This document shows, one piece after another, positions 1-8,392 of a stretch of 61,334 bases of DNA. The stretch lies in the IMG/VR virus record IMGVR_UViG_3300045988_079341; one strand, 5' to 3'. Source of the stretch: a virus. The position numbers were made by a program, and so were the translations under genes. How positions within the stretch are numbered: position 1 is the stretch's first letter; the number at the start of each line of letters is the position of its first letter. A model generated the notes under the pieces. The model was not told the DNA's origin. It ran no database searches and saw only the letters and a list, made by a program, of their open reading frames with translations.

Positions 1-135
1 GGCGCATCCTCCGCAACAGGCGACTACGGCGCATCCTCCGCAACAGGCAACTGCGGCGCATCCTCCGCAACAGGCGACTAAGGCGCATCCTCCGCAACAG
101 GCAACTGCGGCGCATCCTCCGCAACAGGCTACAAA
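1..135 (+). repeat. Tandem 27-bp repeat array (5 units), same array as 61149..61334
   Basis: Units start at 1, 28, 55, 82 and 109. Each has an invariant 21-nt core ggcgcatcctccgcaacaggc plus 6 variable nt, translating to GASSATG-xx. Confidence 0.95.
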
Positions 136-381
136 GGCAGTGCGATTGCTGGAGACCCGGAAAGCATCGCAGTAGCTTGGGGATACAAAGGGAAGGCCAA
201 AGGCGTTATTGGTTCGTACCTTGTTCTTGCGGATTGGGAAGGAAACGAAAATAATTTCTGGACACAGGAAGAATGGTCTTTAAAAGGCGCAAAGATGGTG
301 CGCGTGGACGGAGAGAAGATTAAAGCAGACACATGGTACACGATGGAAAACGGGGAAATTGTGGAAGTGGAGGAAGTATAA
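1..381 (+). CDS. C-terminal part of a nonapeptide-repeat phage protein that begins at 60810 and runs off the 3' end; in-frame TAA at 79..81
   Basis: Frame 1 reads GASSATGxx repeats, then ...GDPESIAVAWGYKGKAKGVIGSYLVLADWEG...VDGEKIKADTWYTMENGEIVEVEEV, with stop TAA at 379..381. Repeat and codon phase match the open-ended ORF at the window end. Confidence 0.6.
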
Positions 382-570
382 ATGGAGAAAAAAGAAATCA
401 ATTTTTGCCCGTTCCGCGTCACAACAGTAACTTATCTACCGATGTTAAAAGGAGACGGATACGTTACAAAAGCATACTTTGAGCCGTGTTTAAAAGAAAA
501 ATGCCCGGCATTTTATATTTTACATGGAGAGCGTGGAAAAGAGCTTGAACGGTGTAAAGTGTTAAGATAA
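382..570 (+). CDS. Small Cys-containing hypothetical protein (62 aa)
   Basis: ATG directly abuts the upstream stop (taaATG). Contains CPF...CLKEKCP cysteines and is co-oriented with the module. Confidence 0.45.
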   Translation: MEKKEINFCPFRVTTVTYLPMLKGDGYVTKAYFEPCLKEKCPAFYILHGERGKELERCKVLR

Positions 571-621
571 ATCGAAAGGGATCAGCCGCATGGAAGATGC
601 GCGGCGGATCATTGGGAGAAA

Positions 622-2226
622 ATGATAAACGGAGAATTGATTGTTGATAATTTTGCCGGTGGAGGTGGAGCATCCACCGGAATCGAAATGGCAACAGGGT
701 ACAGCGTAGATATTGCAATCAACCATGATCCAGAAGCTATACGGATGCATAAGGCGAATCATCCAAACACAATACATTACTGCGAAGATGTATGGCAGGT
801 GGATCCAGTTGCAGCCTGTAAAGGGTATCCAGTAGGCCTTGCATGGTTTTCACCAGATTGTAAGCACTTCTCAAAGGCAAAAGGCGGCAAGCCAAAGGAT
901 AAGTTTATTAGAGGGTTGGCGTGGGTAGCGTGCAGATGGGCGGGACTGGTAAGACCAAGAGTAATCATGCTAGAAAATGTAGAAGAATTTAAAACATGGG
1001 GACCGCTGAATCGTGGGCATCATCCAATTAAGCCAAAACAGGGAAAAACATTTGAGAAGTTTGTGCAACAGCTTACTGACTTAGGGTATGATGTGCAGTT
1101 TCGGGAGCTGGTGGCTGCTGATTATGGAGCGCCAACCATGCGCAAGAGATTTTTCATGATTGCACGATGTGACGGAAGACCTATTGTATGGGCAAAGCCA
1201 ACACACGCACCGGCAGACAGCGAAGAGGTAAAAGCGGGACTACTCAAACCTTATGTAGGAGCATATACACAAATTGATTTTTCATTACCGTGCCCAAGCA
1301 TCTTTGATACATCCGCAGATATCAAAGAAAAGTATGGGATCCGGGCGGTAAGACCATTGGCACCGAAGACTATGGAGCGGATCGCAAGAGGATTGAAAAA
1401 ATTCGTGCTTGAAAATCCGGAACCATTTATTATCCAGTGCAATCACGGTGGAGAGCGTAGACCAAACGATATTAGGGAGCCAATGCCAACAATTACCGGA
1501 AAGCACGGATATGGAATTGTAGCACCTACGTTAATTCAGTATCATTCCGAAACAGCGCAGGAGAAGTTCGGGGGGCAGACGATTAAAGATCCGATTATGA
1601 CAGTAGATGGAGCAAATCGGTACGGACTGGTTACATCATTTTTGCATAAATACTATGATGGCGGCTACAAAGGCGCAGGAGACAGTGTAGAAAATCCATT
1701 GCCAACTGTTACATCATGGGATCATAACAGTGTAGTTACAGCAAATCTTATCCAGATGAACAACCATTGCGATGGAAAGGATATTAAGCAGCCTTTGCCA
1801 ACAATCACAGCTGGAGACGGACATTTTGGAGAGGTAAGAGCCTTTCTGGTGAAATACTATGGACAGGGAACCGGTCAGGACGTAAAGGAGCCTCTTGATA
1901 CAATACCGACACATGACAGATTCGGATTGGTGACGATTGCAGGCGTGGACTATCAAATCGTGGACATCGGGATGAGGATGCTGGAGCCAAAAGAATTGTA
2001 CGGCTGCCAGGGATTCCCTGATGATTACATAATCGACCATGACTATACCGGCAAAACATATCCAAGGAGCGAGCAGGTGCGCAGATGCGGCAATGCAGTA
2101 TGTCCGCCAATACCGGCGGCATTGGTAAAGGCGAACCTGCCTGAATTATGCGTGGCAGAAAGGCAGCCAATCTGCAGACTGGATAGGGTACAGCCAGAAG
2201 AGTCTGGACAGATGCGCTTTGCATAG
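622..2226 (+). CDS. DNA (cytosine-5)-methyltransferase
   Basis: Motif I DNFAGGGGAS, motif IV SPDCKHFS, motif VI MLENV, motif VIII YGAPTMRKRFF, motif X CGNAVCPP. Confidence 0.9.
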   Translation: MINGELIVDNFAGGGGASTGIEMATGYSVDIAINHDPEAIRMHKANHPNTIHYCEDVWQVDPVAACKGYPVGLAWFSPDCKHFSKAKGGKPKDKFIRGLAWVACRWAGLVRPRVIMLENVEEFKTWGPLNRGHHPIKPKQGKTFEKFVQQLTDLGYDVQFRELVAADYGAPTMRKRFFMIARCDGRPIVWAKPTHAPADSEEVKAGLLKPYVGAYTQIDFSLPCPSIFDTSADIKEKYGIRAVRPLAPKTMERIARGLKKFVLENPEPFIIQCNHGGERRPNDIREPMPTITGKHGYGIVAPTLIQYHSETAQEKFGGQTIKDPIMTVDGANRYGLVTSFLHKYYDGGYKGAGDSVENPLPTVTSWDHNSVVTANLIQMNNHCDGKDIKQPLPTITAGDGHFGEVRAFLVKYYGQGTGQDVKEPLDTIPTHDRFGLVTIAGVDYQIVDIGMRMLEPKELYGCQGFPDDYIIDHDYTGKTYPRSEQVRRCGNAVCPPIPAALVKANLPELCVAERQPICRLDRVQPEESGQMRFA

Positions 2227-2242
2227 TAATGGGAGAGCGTGA

Positions 2243-2824
2243 ATGTATAAAAACGCAGAGGGCTACCGCGATGAAACAGCCTGCCGGGCAATCATCGCGG
2301 TAGCAAGAGAAGAGAGAATAAAGCGCAGGAAGCTGCAGGAGGACAAGAATATGGAAAGAGAAAATAGAACCGGAGAAGTTTGGAGAACACGAACCGTCGC
2401 AGGGACAGAGAAGATCGTGCTGGTGGTAGCAGACCACGGGGCAATGGCGTATGTAATTCATTTGGCAGAAGAGGGTATGCATACAGATATCGAAATAAAC
2501 TGTGAAGGGCTGCGGTACGGATCTAGCGACAAAATGTATTATATGCCGTGCAGAAGCTTTGAAGAATGCCTCAGTACTGTATCAGACGAGCAACTGACGG
2601 ATGTGAAAAACAAGCTTGCGGCGGCGATCGGAATTGAGCCGCAGATCATAGAAAAAGAAGTTGTCCGGGAAGTACAGGTGGAAATTCCGAGCAATATCGC
2701 TCCTGCTGAGCTACAAAAATGTTGTGATGCAGAGGTGCAGGAACTTATGATCCGAGCGGAAAGAGCAGAAGCACTGCTGGAAGAGTACAGAGAGCTGTAT
2801 CGGAAGGTAATCGAAAAAATCTGA
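2243..2824 (+). CDS. Hypothetical phage protein (193 aa) with coiled-coil C-terminus
   Basis: Long ORF in the co-directional early operon. N-terminal GYRDETACRAI motif is common in small Firmicutes phage proteins (from memory). Confidence 0.5.
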   Translation: MYKNAEGYRDETACRAIIAVAREERIKRRKLQEDKNMERENRTGEVWRTRTVAGTEKIVLVVADHGAMAYVIHLAEEGMHTDIEINCEGLRYGSSDKMYYMPCRSFEECLSTVSDEQLTDVKNKLAAAIGIEPQIIEKEVVREVQVEIPSNIAPAELQKCCDAEVQELMIRAERAEALLEEYRELYRKVIEKI

Positions 2825-2855
2825 CCATAGATTAAACAGAAAAGGAGAATCGGGA

Positions 2856-3767
2856 ATGGGAATGACACAAAATCAACTGAATCTGGTTAGATATGTAGCC
2901 GAAAATGATTTTACAAAAGCAAAGACTGCAGCGTTATGTTGCTGCGCAGAGGACACTACTCAGAAAAACCATTACGCCGTGGAAAAATATAAAAACCTGT
3001 TGCGATCAGGATGCATGAACCTGATTAGTCTGCCACCGGACGTACAAAAGTTTGCAACAATGGAAGATCTCACGAATACCTACCTAGAAAACAGATATTA
3101 TTTAACGCAGGATGAAAGAAAGTTATTTGAGCTAATCAAGAACATGAACGATGTGAGTTTGCAGCTCATGGAAAAGCAGATTCCGTATCTGAATGCTACA
3201 CTTCTGTATGGAGAAAGTGGAGTAGGGAAGACTGCATTTTCGAGATATGTTGCTTATAAACTGGGTTTGCCATATCTGTATGTAAACTTTTCTAGAATGT
3301 TGAATAGCTATCTTGGGGGAACTGCTAAAAACCTGACAAGCTTATTTCAGTGCATCAACCAGCAGCAATGTGTTGTCATGTTGGATGAAATCGACAGCCT
3401 TGCTGTAAAAAGACAGTATGGGCATGATGGAGCAAGCTCAGAAATATCACGAAGTACAACCTGCCTATTGCAGTTACTAGACGCAGTCACAAATGACCAC
3501 ATAATTATTGCTGCAACTAATCTGATCGAAGACGTAGATACAGCCGTAAAGAGAAGATTTACAGAAAAACACGAGCTGCATAGACTGTCTTCCGAAGATA
3601 ATGAGCGGTTTATCTGTCAGTATCTTGATGATACAGGGTTTCCATACAATTTGCGGTCTGTTAAAAAGTATGCCGAAGAAAATCACTCACAGGCTGAAAT
3701 TATGACGCATGTGGCAAGAAGTATTGCAAATACGCTTATTAACAAGGATGAACTGGTAATGTTGTAA
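2856..3767 (+). CDS. AAA+ ATPase
   Basis: Walker A LYGESGVGKT, Walker B VVMLDEIDSL, sensor-like IIIAATN. SD aaggag lies 8 nt upstream. Confidence 0.8.
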   Translation: MGMTQNQLNLVRYVAENDFTKAKTAALCCCAEDTTQKNHYAVEKYKNLLRSGCMNLISLPPDVQKFATMEDLTNTYLENRYYLTQDERKLFELIKNMNDVSLQLMEKQIPYLNATLLYGESGVGKTAFSRYVAYKLGLPYLYVNFSRMLNSYLGGTAKNLTSLFQCINQQQCVVMLDEIDSLAVKRQYGHDGASSEISRSTTCLLQLLDAVTNDHIIIAATNLIEDVDTAVKRRFTEKHELHRLSSEDNERFICQYLDDTGFPYNLRSVKKYAEENHSQAEIMTHVARSIANTLINKDELVML

Positions 3768-3793
3768 ATTAAAGTTTAGTGGAGGTAAAAAGA

Positions 3794-4159
3794 ATGTATA
3801 AAGCGGAAAATATTGACACAGATAAGGCTCTGAAAGCGATTGATGAGTCAAGAGTAATGCAGGAAAGAGCCTCACAGCTTAGATCGGAAAAAGAAAGATC
3901 TTACATGGAGGGATTGAACAAAGGACTTGATATTGCTGAAGATCTTTTTAAATGCACAAATTATGAGAAGACGGAACAAGAAGCAACTTATACAGATGGT
4001 GTCTGTGATGCATTCTATGAACTTGGAAAAGAACTTGATATACCGACTCAGGATATAAGGGACAATATATCATCTGTGGATGAAGCATGTGCCCTGTTTG
4101 CAGACAGGATTCGGGAAGCAATAGCAGGAGATAAGGATCATGAGCCGTTGCCAAACTGA
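3794..4159 (+). CDS. Hypothetical acidic protein
   Basis: SD ggaggt lies 7 nt before ATG 3794. The ORF-track start at 3779 is less likely. Confidence 0.5.
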   Translation: MYKAENIDTDKALKAIDESRVMQERASQLRSEKERSYMEGLNKGLDIAEDLFKCTNYEKTEQEATYTDGVCDAFYELGKELDIPTQDIRDNISSVDEACALFADRIREAIAGDKDHEPLPN

Positions 4160-4173
4160 AAGAGGTCAAGCCA

Positions 4174-4374
4174 ATGTCAAAATGTGTAGTATATCAGCCT
4201 GGTGGTTTTACAAATGACGGGATCGGATATAGGAAATTCAGTTTGGAAGAATTGGAGGAAATGAAAAAAGAAAATGATAAGAAACTTTTATCCGACTACA
4301 TAGACGCCTGTGCGCTGATCCAGGAGACTGAACAGCAGATCAGGCGGCTGCAGGATAAACCGTACGCTGATTAA
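4174..4374 (+). CDS. Hypothetical protein (66 aa)
   Basis: ORF in operon context, no recognisable motif. Confidence 0.4.
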   Translation: MSKCVVYQPGGFTNDGIGYRKFSLEELEEMKKENDKKLLSDYIDACALIQETEQQIRRLQDKPYAD

Positions 4375-4379
4375 AATCT

Positions 4380-4800
4380 AAGTCATTGAAAGGAGGCTAT
4401 TTTGTCAACTACCCACGACCTAAAGGTCATGGGCTTGTAACTGCCCAGTCGTACTAACGGTTTACACCTCCGACCTTTAAGCCCAATAGATACTGCTATC
4501 TAAAGTGGCGCTACATCATAGGGTGGTTGACAGCACCCTTTACAGACAAGACATGCTCATCTGTAACTGTATCAGGTACTAAACTTCCCATGCTATACAG
4601 TAAAAAATCTTTTACGGTTAAGATTTTACGCAATACACGAATTTCGTATTGCAACCTCATATCTTGTCAATGTACAAAAGAGTGTCTTTGATGAGCAGTA
4701 CATCTAACGGTTTTCTCTTAAAAAACTGCTACGGCTATTGTAGCATATTGGGCAACAATTAACAAGGCTCCTACCACCACCTGAAGGTAGTGGGTTTCCG
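4380..4800. other. ORF-free, hairpin-dense intergenic region (candidate structured RNA or replication element)
   Basis: No ORF of 60 aa or more in any frame. Two similar stem-loops bracket it in direct orientation (4412..4433 and 4774..4793). Several internal hairpins and a long-range tgctcatc/gatgagca complementarity are present. Confidence 0.4.
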
Positions 4801-4827
4801 CCTATGGTAAACGAAAGGATTTTATTT

Positions 4828-5253
4828 ATGAACAAAGTAATTTTATGTGGACGATTAACCAGAGACCCTGATGTTAGATATTCTCAGGGTGATAAGCCTA
4901 TCGCAATTTCTTCCTTTACGCTTGCGGTAGACAGAAAATTCAAAAAAGATGGAGAGCAAAACGCGGATTTCATAAATTGCCGGTCTTTTGGCAAAAATGC
5001 GGAGTTTTCCGAAAAGTATTTAAGAAAAGGCACGAAAATCATTGTGGAAGGCCACTGGCAGACTGGGAGCTTTACAGGGAAAGATGGCAAAAAAGTATAT
5101 ACAAATGAATGCATTGTTGACAGTCAGGAATTTGCGGAAAGCAAAACTCCATCACGTGCGAACGACAATGGTTCTGAGATTCCTCCATATGCAGAAGGAA
5201 GCTATTTCATGCAGATCCTGGATGGAATAGAAGAAGAATTGCCATTTAAGTGA
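4828..5253 (+). CDS. ssb: Single-stranded DNA-binding protein
   Basis: MNKVILCGRLTRDPDVRY...FINCRSFGKNAE OB-fold signature with acidic C-terminal tip EEELPF. SD gaaagga lies before ATG 4828. Confidence 0.9.
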   Translation: MNKVILCGRLTRDPDVRYSQGDKPIAISSFTLAVDRKFKKDGEQNADFINCRSFGKNAEFSEKYLRKGTKIIVEGHWQTGSFTGKDGKKVYTNECIVDSQEFAESKTPSRANDNGSEIPPYAEGSYFMQILDGIEEELPFK

Positions 5254-5269
5254 TGGAGGAGTAAACGGC

Positions 5270-5452
5270 ATGAGAGCACTTGACATTTACGACAAAAAGT
5301 TCAAAGAGAACAAATGCGTTATATGTTCTCATCACGTTACACGTCCGGGAAAATCACAAGATTTACATTTTTGTGAGATCAGCGGGAAAATTCTTCTTTT
5401 CCCGCTCTACCTACCGGTCAATTGCATAAATTTCGAAGAAAGGACTGATTAA
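5270..5452 (+). CDS. Hypothetical protein (60 aa)
   Basis: ORF only. Confidence 0.35.
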   Translation: MRALDIYDKKFKENKCVICSHHVTRPGKSQDLHFCEISGKILLFPLYLPVNCINFEERTD

Positions 5453-5540
5453 AATCACAGTACAAGAAGCGATCAAGTGGCAAGAAGCATTTAGGGGTGT
5501 TTCAAAAGGACACTTAACAGGAGCAATTAACGCAACCGAA

Positions 5541-5747
5541 ATGGCTATTATTGCATTAAAAATGCAAATACCGAAAAAGATTTTTCGTGTTGAGTCTTCT
5601 GGATTATGCAGAAGCCAGTTTATCTGTCCGTTCTGTGGCGCGGATCAAATGACAATGGAATTCTTCACAGAAACAGGAGAAGACCCAAAAGAAAAATTCA
5701 CATGGTGTCCCGACTGCGGGCATAAATTGGATTGGAGTGATATATAA
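5541..5747 (+). CDS. Zinc-ribbon protein (68 aa)
   Basis: CPFCG...CPDCG paired CxxC motifs. Confidence 0.5.
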   Translation: MAIIALKMQIPKKIFRVESSGLCRSQFICPFCGADQMTMEFFTETGEDPKEKFTWCPDCGHKLDWSDI

Positions 5748-5993
5748 ATGTATGAATAGTTTATGTATGTTGCCAAATTAAAAAAAACGAAGACCGTGAG
5801 GTCACAAATCGCACAGTGGTATGGTTTGATCATGACGGATTGATGCATTGCTATATGCCGGTATGAGCAAAATGCTTCGTAACGTAGCGAGCGGGGAGTG
5901 GAATCATTTACATTGACGGTCTTGCACTTATCGAAATTTCGATAGAATCACTCAGACCATTGAGAAATGGAGAACCGAAAGGAGGTGTTTCTA

Positions 5994-6572
5994 ATGGTAA
6001 AAAATAACATTGCGCAGATCATGACTATTGAGCAAAAAAACAAGAAAAAACTTCTCGAAGTAGAACCTAGATTAGATGATAAAAGCGGCATATATTTTCT
6101 AACAAGAACTGATGAAAACGGTTTTAAATATGCATACATCGGTCAGGCAAAGCATATTTTGACGAGACTTTCGCAACATATGGTTGGGTATCAACACATT
6201 GATTTATCCATAAAAAAACACGGATTTTATTCAAAGGATAATCCGTATGGATGGATGATCGGCTTACTTCATTTCCGCATGTCTGAGCTGGACAAATGGG
6301 AACAGCATTACATAAAAATGTACGCAGACAATGGCTACCAGCTTAGAAACAAGACGAGCGGATCCCAGGGCGCAGGAAAGGCAAAAATTGACGAATACAG
6401 GCCTTCAAAGGGATATCGCGATGGAATAGAGCAGGGAAGAAAAAATCTTGCAAGAGAGCTTTCTTCCATCGCGGATAAGCATCTCGTTATTTCGCTTAAG
6501 CCAGAGAAGCTAGGGAACAAGGTATCGGAAAAGCAACTGCAAAAATTCAACGAACTGATTTACGGAAAATGA
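5994..6572 (+). CDS. GIY-YIG family nuclease (free-standing homing-endonuclease-like)
   Basis: GIYFLTRTDENGFKYAYIGQAKHILTRLSQH matches the GIY...YIG...R signature. SD aaggagg lies before ATG 5994. Confidence 0.75.
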   Translation: MVKNNIAQIMTIEQKNKKKLLEVEPRLDDKSGIYFLTRTDENGFKYAYIGQAKHILTRLSQHMVGYQHIDLSIKKHGFYSKDNPYGWMIGLLHFRMSELDKWEQHYIKMYADNGYQLRNKTSGSQGAGKAKIDEYRPSKGYRDGIEQGRKNLARELSSIADKHLVISLKPEKLGNKVSEKQLQKFNELIYGK

Positions 6573-6619
6573 TGTAAATTCCCATTTTGTTTTTAATTAC
6601 AATAACGGAGGAAACGCAA

Positions 6620-7183
6620 ATGGCAAAGAGGTACGATAATCCGAAGGAGCTGTCAAAGCTCCTTCTGGAAACACGAAGATTAAAGCAAAGTGCGAACAGA
6701 AGCCCATATACAGTTATTCTCACAATTTTGTGTTATGGACTCTGGAAAGACTGCAGGTACAGCCAGAGAAAATTGGCAGATTTTTGCCGGAAATTTGCCG
6801 AGTACGATGAACGATATTTCGATGAGCCATATCAAAAACTAGTAGACGAACTTTACAACTACGCAGACTGGAAAGTCGAGCATGTTAAATATACAAAAGA
6901 TGATTATCCCCATTACAAATCGAAAGTTATGCAGGCATCAGTTGAAGAGCAGATGCGATGCGCAAACGAAATAAACGCGCTTTCCGCGCGCTATTTTACT
7001 TACGGTTTTCACATTCTTATCGAAGATGGATTCGACGAAAAAAAGCTGACAAACTTTAAAGATAAGGCTCAAAAGAGAATACAGAGCATCACGGGAGACA
7101 TGAGAACTGGAACAATAAACGATCTGTGGAAAGAACTTGCAACCGGAGCTGGAATTTATATCGAGAAACCGAAAATTGATTGA
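6620..7183 (+). CDS. Hypothetical protein
   Basis: SD ggagga lies before ATG 6620. No motif recognised. Confidence 0.5.
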   Translation: MAKRYDNPKELSKLLLETRRLKQSANRSPYTVILTILCYGLWKDCRYSQRKLADFCRKFAEYDERYFDEPYQKLVDELYNYADWKVEHVKYTKDDYPHYKSKVMQASVEEQMRCANEINALSARYFTYGFHILIEDGFDEKKLTNFKDKAQKRIQSITGDMRTGTINDLWKELATGAGIYIEKPKID

Positions 7184-7197
7184 TGGGAGGGTTGAAA

Positions 7198-7686
7198 ATG
7201 GCGGAGCGCAGGATGTTTACGCAGAAAATTACAGAAAGCGACGCGTTTTTGGACATGCCACTTTCCACACAGGCGCTTTATTTCCACCTGTGCATGAATG
7301 CTGAAAATAAAGGCATTTTAAACAATGCATATTCTATTTGCAGGTCTTTAGGATGCGAACGAGATGCAGTCACGGAATTGATTGAAAGAAACTTTTTGGT
7401 TAGCATCGAAGACGGATATTTTCGAATTGTACATTGGTACGAAAATAACGGAATAGGTGAAACCCACAAAAAGAGAAACAATTATAGTTACAGAAAGTGG
7501 AGAATAGCTGTCATAAAAAGAGACGAAAAATGCATTAAATGCGGGTCTATAACTAATCTGGAAGCACATCATATTAAGCATTTTTCGGAATATCCAGAAT
7601 TTGCACTTGATCTGGATAACGGAATGACTTTGTGTAAAAAATGTCATATGGCACTACACAAGGAGGAACGAAATGGCAGATCGTAG
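7198..7686 (+). CDS. Replisome-organizer N-terminal domain fused to an HNH endonuclease
   Basis: N-terminus MAERRMFTQKITESDAFLDMPLSTQALYFHLCM is paralogous to the next gene. C-terminus NLEAHHIKH...DNGMTLCKKCHMALH is an HNH motif. Confidence 0.75.
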   Translation: MAERRMFTQKITESDAFLDMPLSTQALYFHLCMNAENKGILNNAYSICRSLGCERDAVTELIERNFLVSIEDGYFRIVHWYENNGIGETHKKRNNYSYRKWRIAVIKRDEKCIKCGSITNLEAHHIKHFSEYPEFALDLDNGMTLCKKCHMALHKEERNGRS

Positions 7687-8392
7687 AATGTTTACCAGAA
7701 AAGTCACCGATGATGACAATTTTATGTCTTTATCATCCAGTGCGCAGGCGCTTTATTTACACTTATCTATGTCCGCTGATGACGACGGTTTTTGTAATCA
7801 AGTATCCATATCGATGTTTAAGGCGCATGCGAGCGTAGCAGATTTGCAGCAGTTGCTAGAAAAAAGATATCTTTATCAATTTGACAATGGCGTAATTGTA
7901 ATAAAGCACTGGAGAATGGCAAACGCGCTTAGGAAAGACAGATATACGCCGACGGTCTTCAAAGAAGAGTTGGCGAGATTGGAGTTGAAGCCAAACGGAT
8001 CATATACTTTTTCGGATAATGGTTGCCAGTTGGTTGCCAGTTGTCTGCCACAGAATAGAATAGATAAGAATAGAATAGATAAGGATAGGTTAGGTAAGTA
8101 TAATAAAGGGAAGAGTGTGAGAGGGGAAAAAGCTGAACGCTTTGTTCCCCCAGATGCAAACCAGGTACAAGAATACTGCGACAGCCGAAATAACGGAATA
8201 GACGCTCAAACGTTTGTTGACTTTTACACGTCTAAGGGATGGATGGTTGGGAAAAACAAGATGAAAGACTGGAAGGCAGCGGTAAGGACTTGGGAAAGAA
8301 ACGACAAAAGAAGTTGCAATACAGCTGTCTCAAACAGTCAGAAAGATCAGCTGTCAGAACTGCTTAACGGAATCGAGGTGGACGAACCTTGA
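7673..8392 (+). CDS. Phage replisome organizer
   Basis: MADRRMFTRKVTDDDNFMSLSSSAQALYLHLSMSADDDGF N-domain, C-terminal FVDFYTSKGWMVGKNKMKDWKAAVRTWE motif, and internal iterons. Confidence 0.75.
   Translation: MADRRMFTRKVTDDDNFMSLSSSAQALYLHLSMSADDDGFCNQVSISMFKAHASVADLQQLLEKRYLYQFDNGVIVIKHWRMANALRKDRYTPTVFKEELARLELKPNGSYTFSDNGCQLVASCLPQNRIDKNRIDKDRLGKYNKGKSVRGEKAERFVPPDANQVQEYCDSRNNGIDAQTFVDFYTSKGWMVGKNKMKDWKAAVRTWERNDKRSCNTAVSNSQKDQLSELLNGIEVDEP
8021..8098 (+). repeat. Iteron cluster inside the organizer gene (candidate replication origin)
   Basis: ggttgccagtt occurs twice in tandem (8021..8042). aatagaatagataag occurs twice in perfect tandem (8054..8083), followed by a degenerate third unit (8084..8098). 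Confidence 0.7.

Noticed and set aside
79-81. The in-frame TAA plus phage-encoded tRNAs suggested stop-codon reassignment.
   Set aside because: Well-supported genes end cleanly on all three stops: TAG for the methyltransferase at 2224..2226, TGA for ssb, TAA for the DGR target. Long genes are otherwise uninterrupted under code 11. Neither tRNA has a suppressor anticodon in its best register; a UUA register for 24173..24245 would leave only a 2-bp anticodon stem and no U33.
1-135. Regularly spaced 27-bp repeats at both window ends could look like a CRISPR array.
   Set aside because: The units are contiguous with no spacers. They keep a single reading frame encoding GASSATGxx and lie inside a protein-coding gene.
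1805-2482. Long antisense ORFs inside strong plus-strand genes, for example 1805..2482, 10000..10689, 13112..13873, 31253..31750, 34159..34917, 41777..42283 and 57440..58078 (all on the minus strand).
   Set aside because: Each lies entirely within a gene with clear motifs on the opposite strand. They have odd Cys/Ser/Phe-rich composition and no SD, so they are shadow ORFs.
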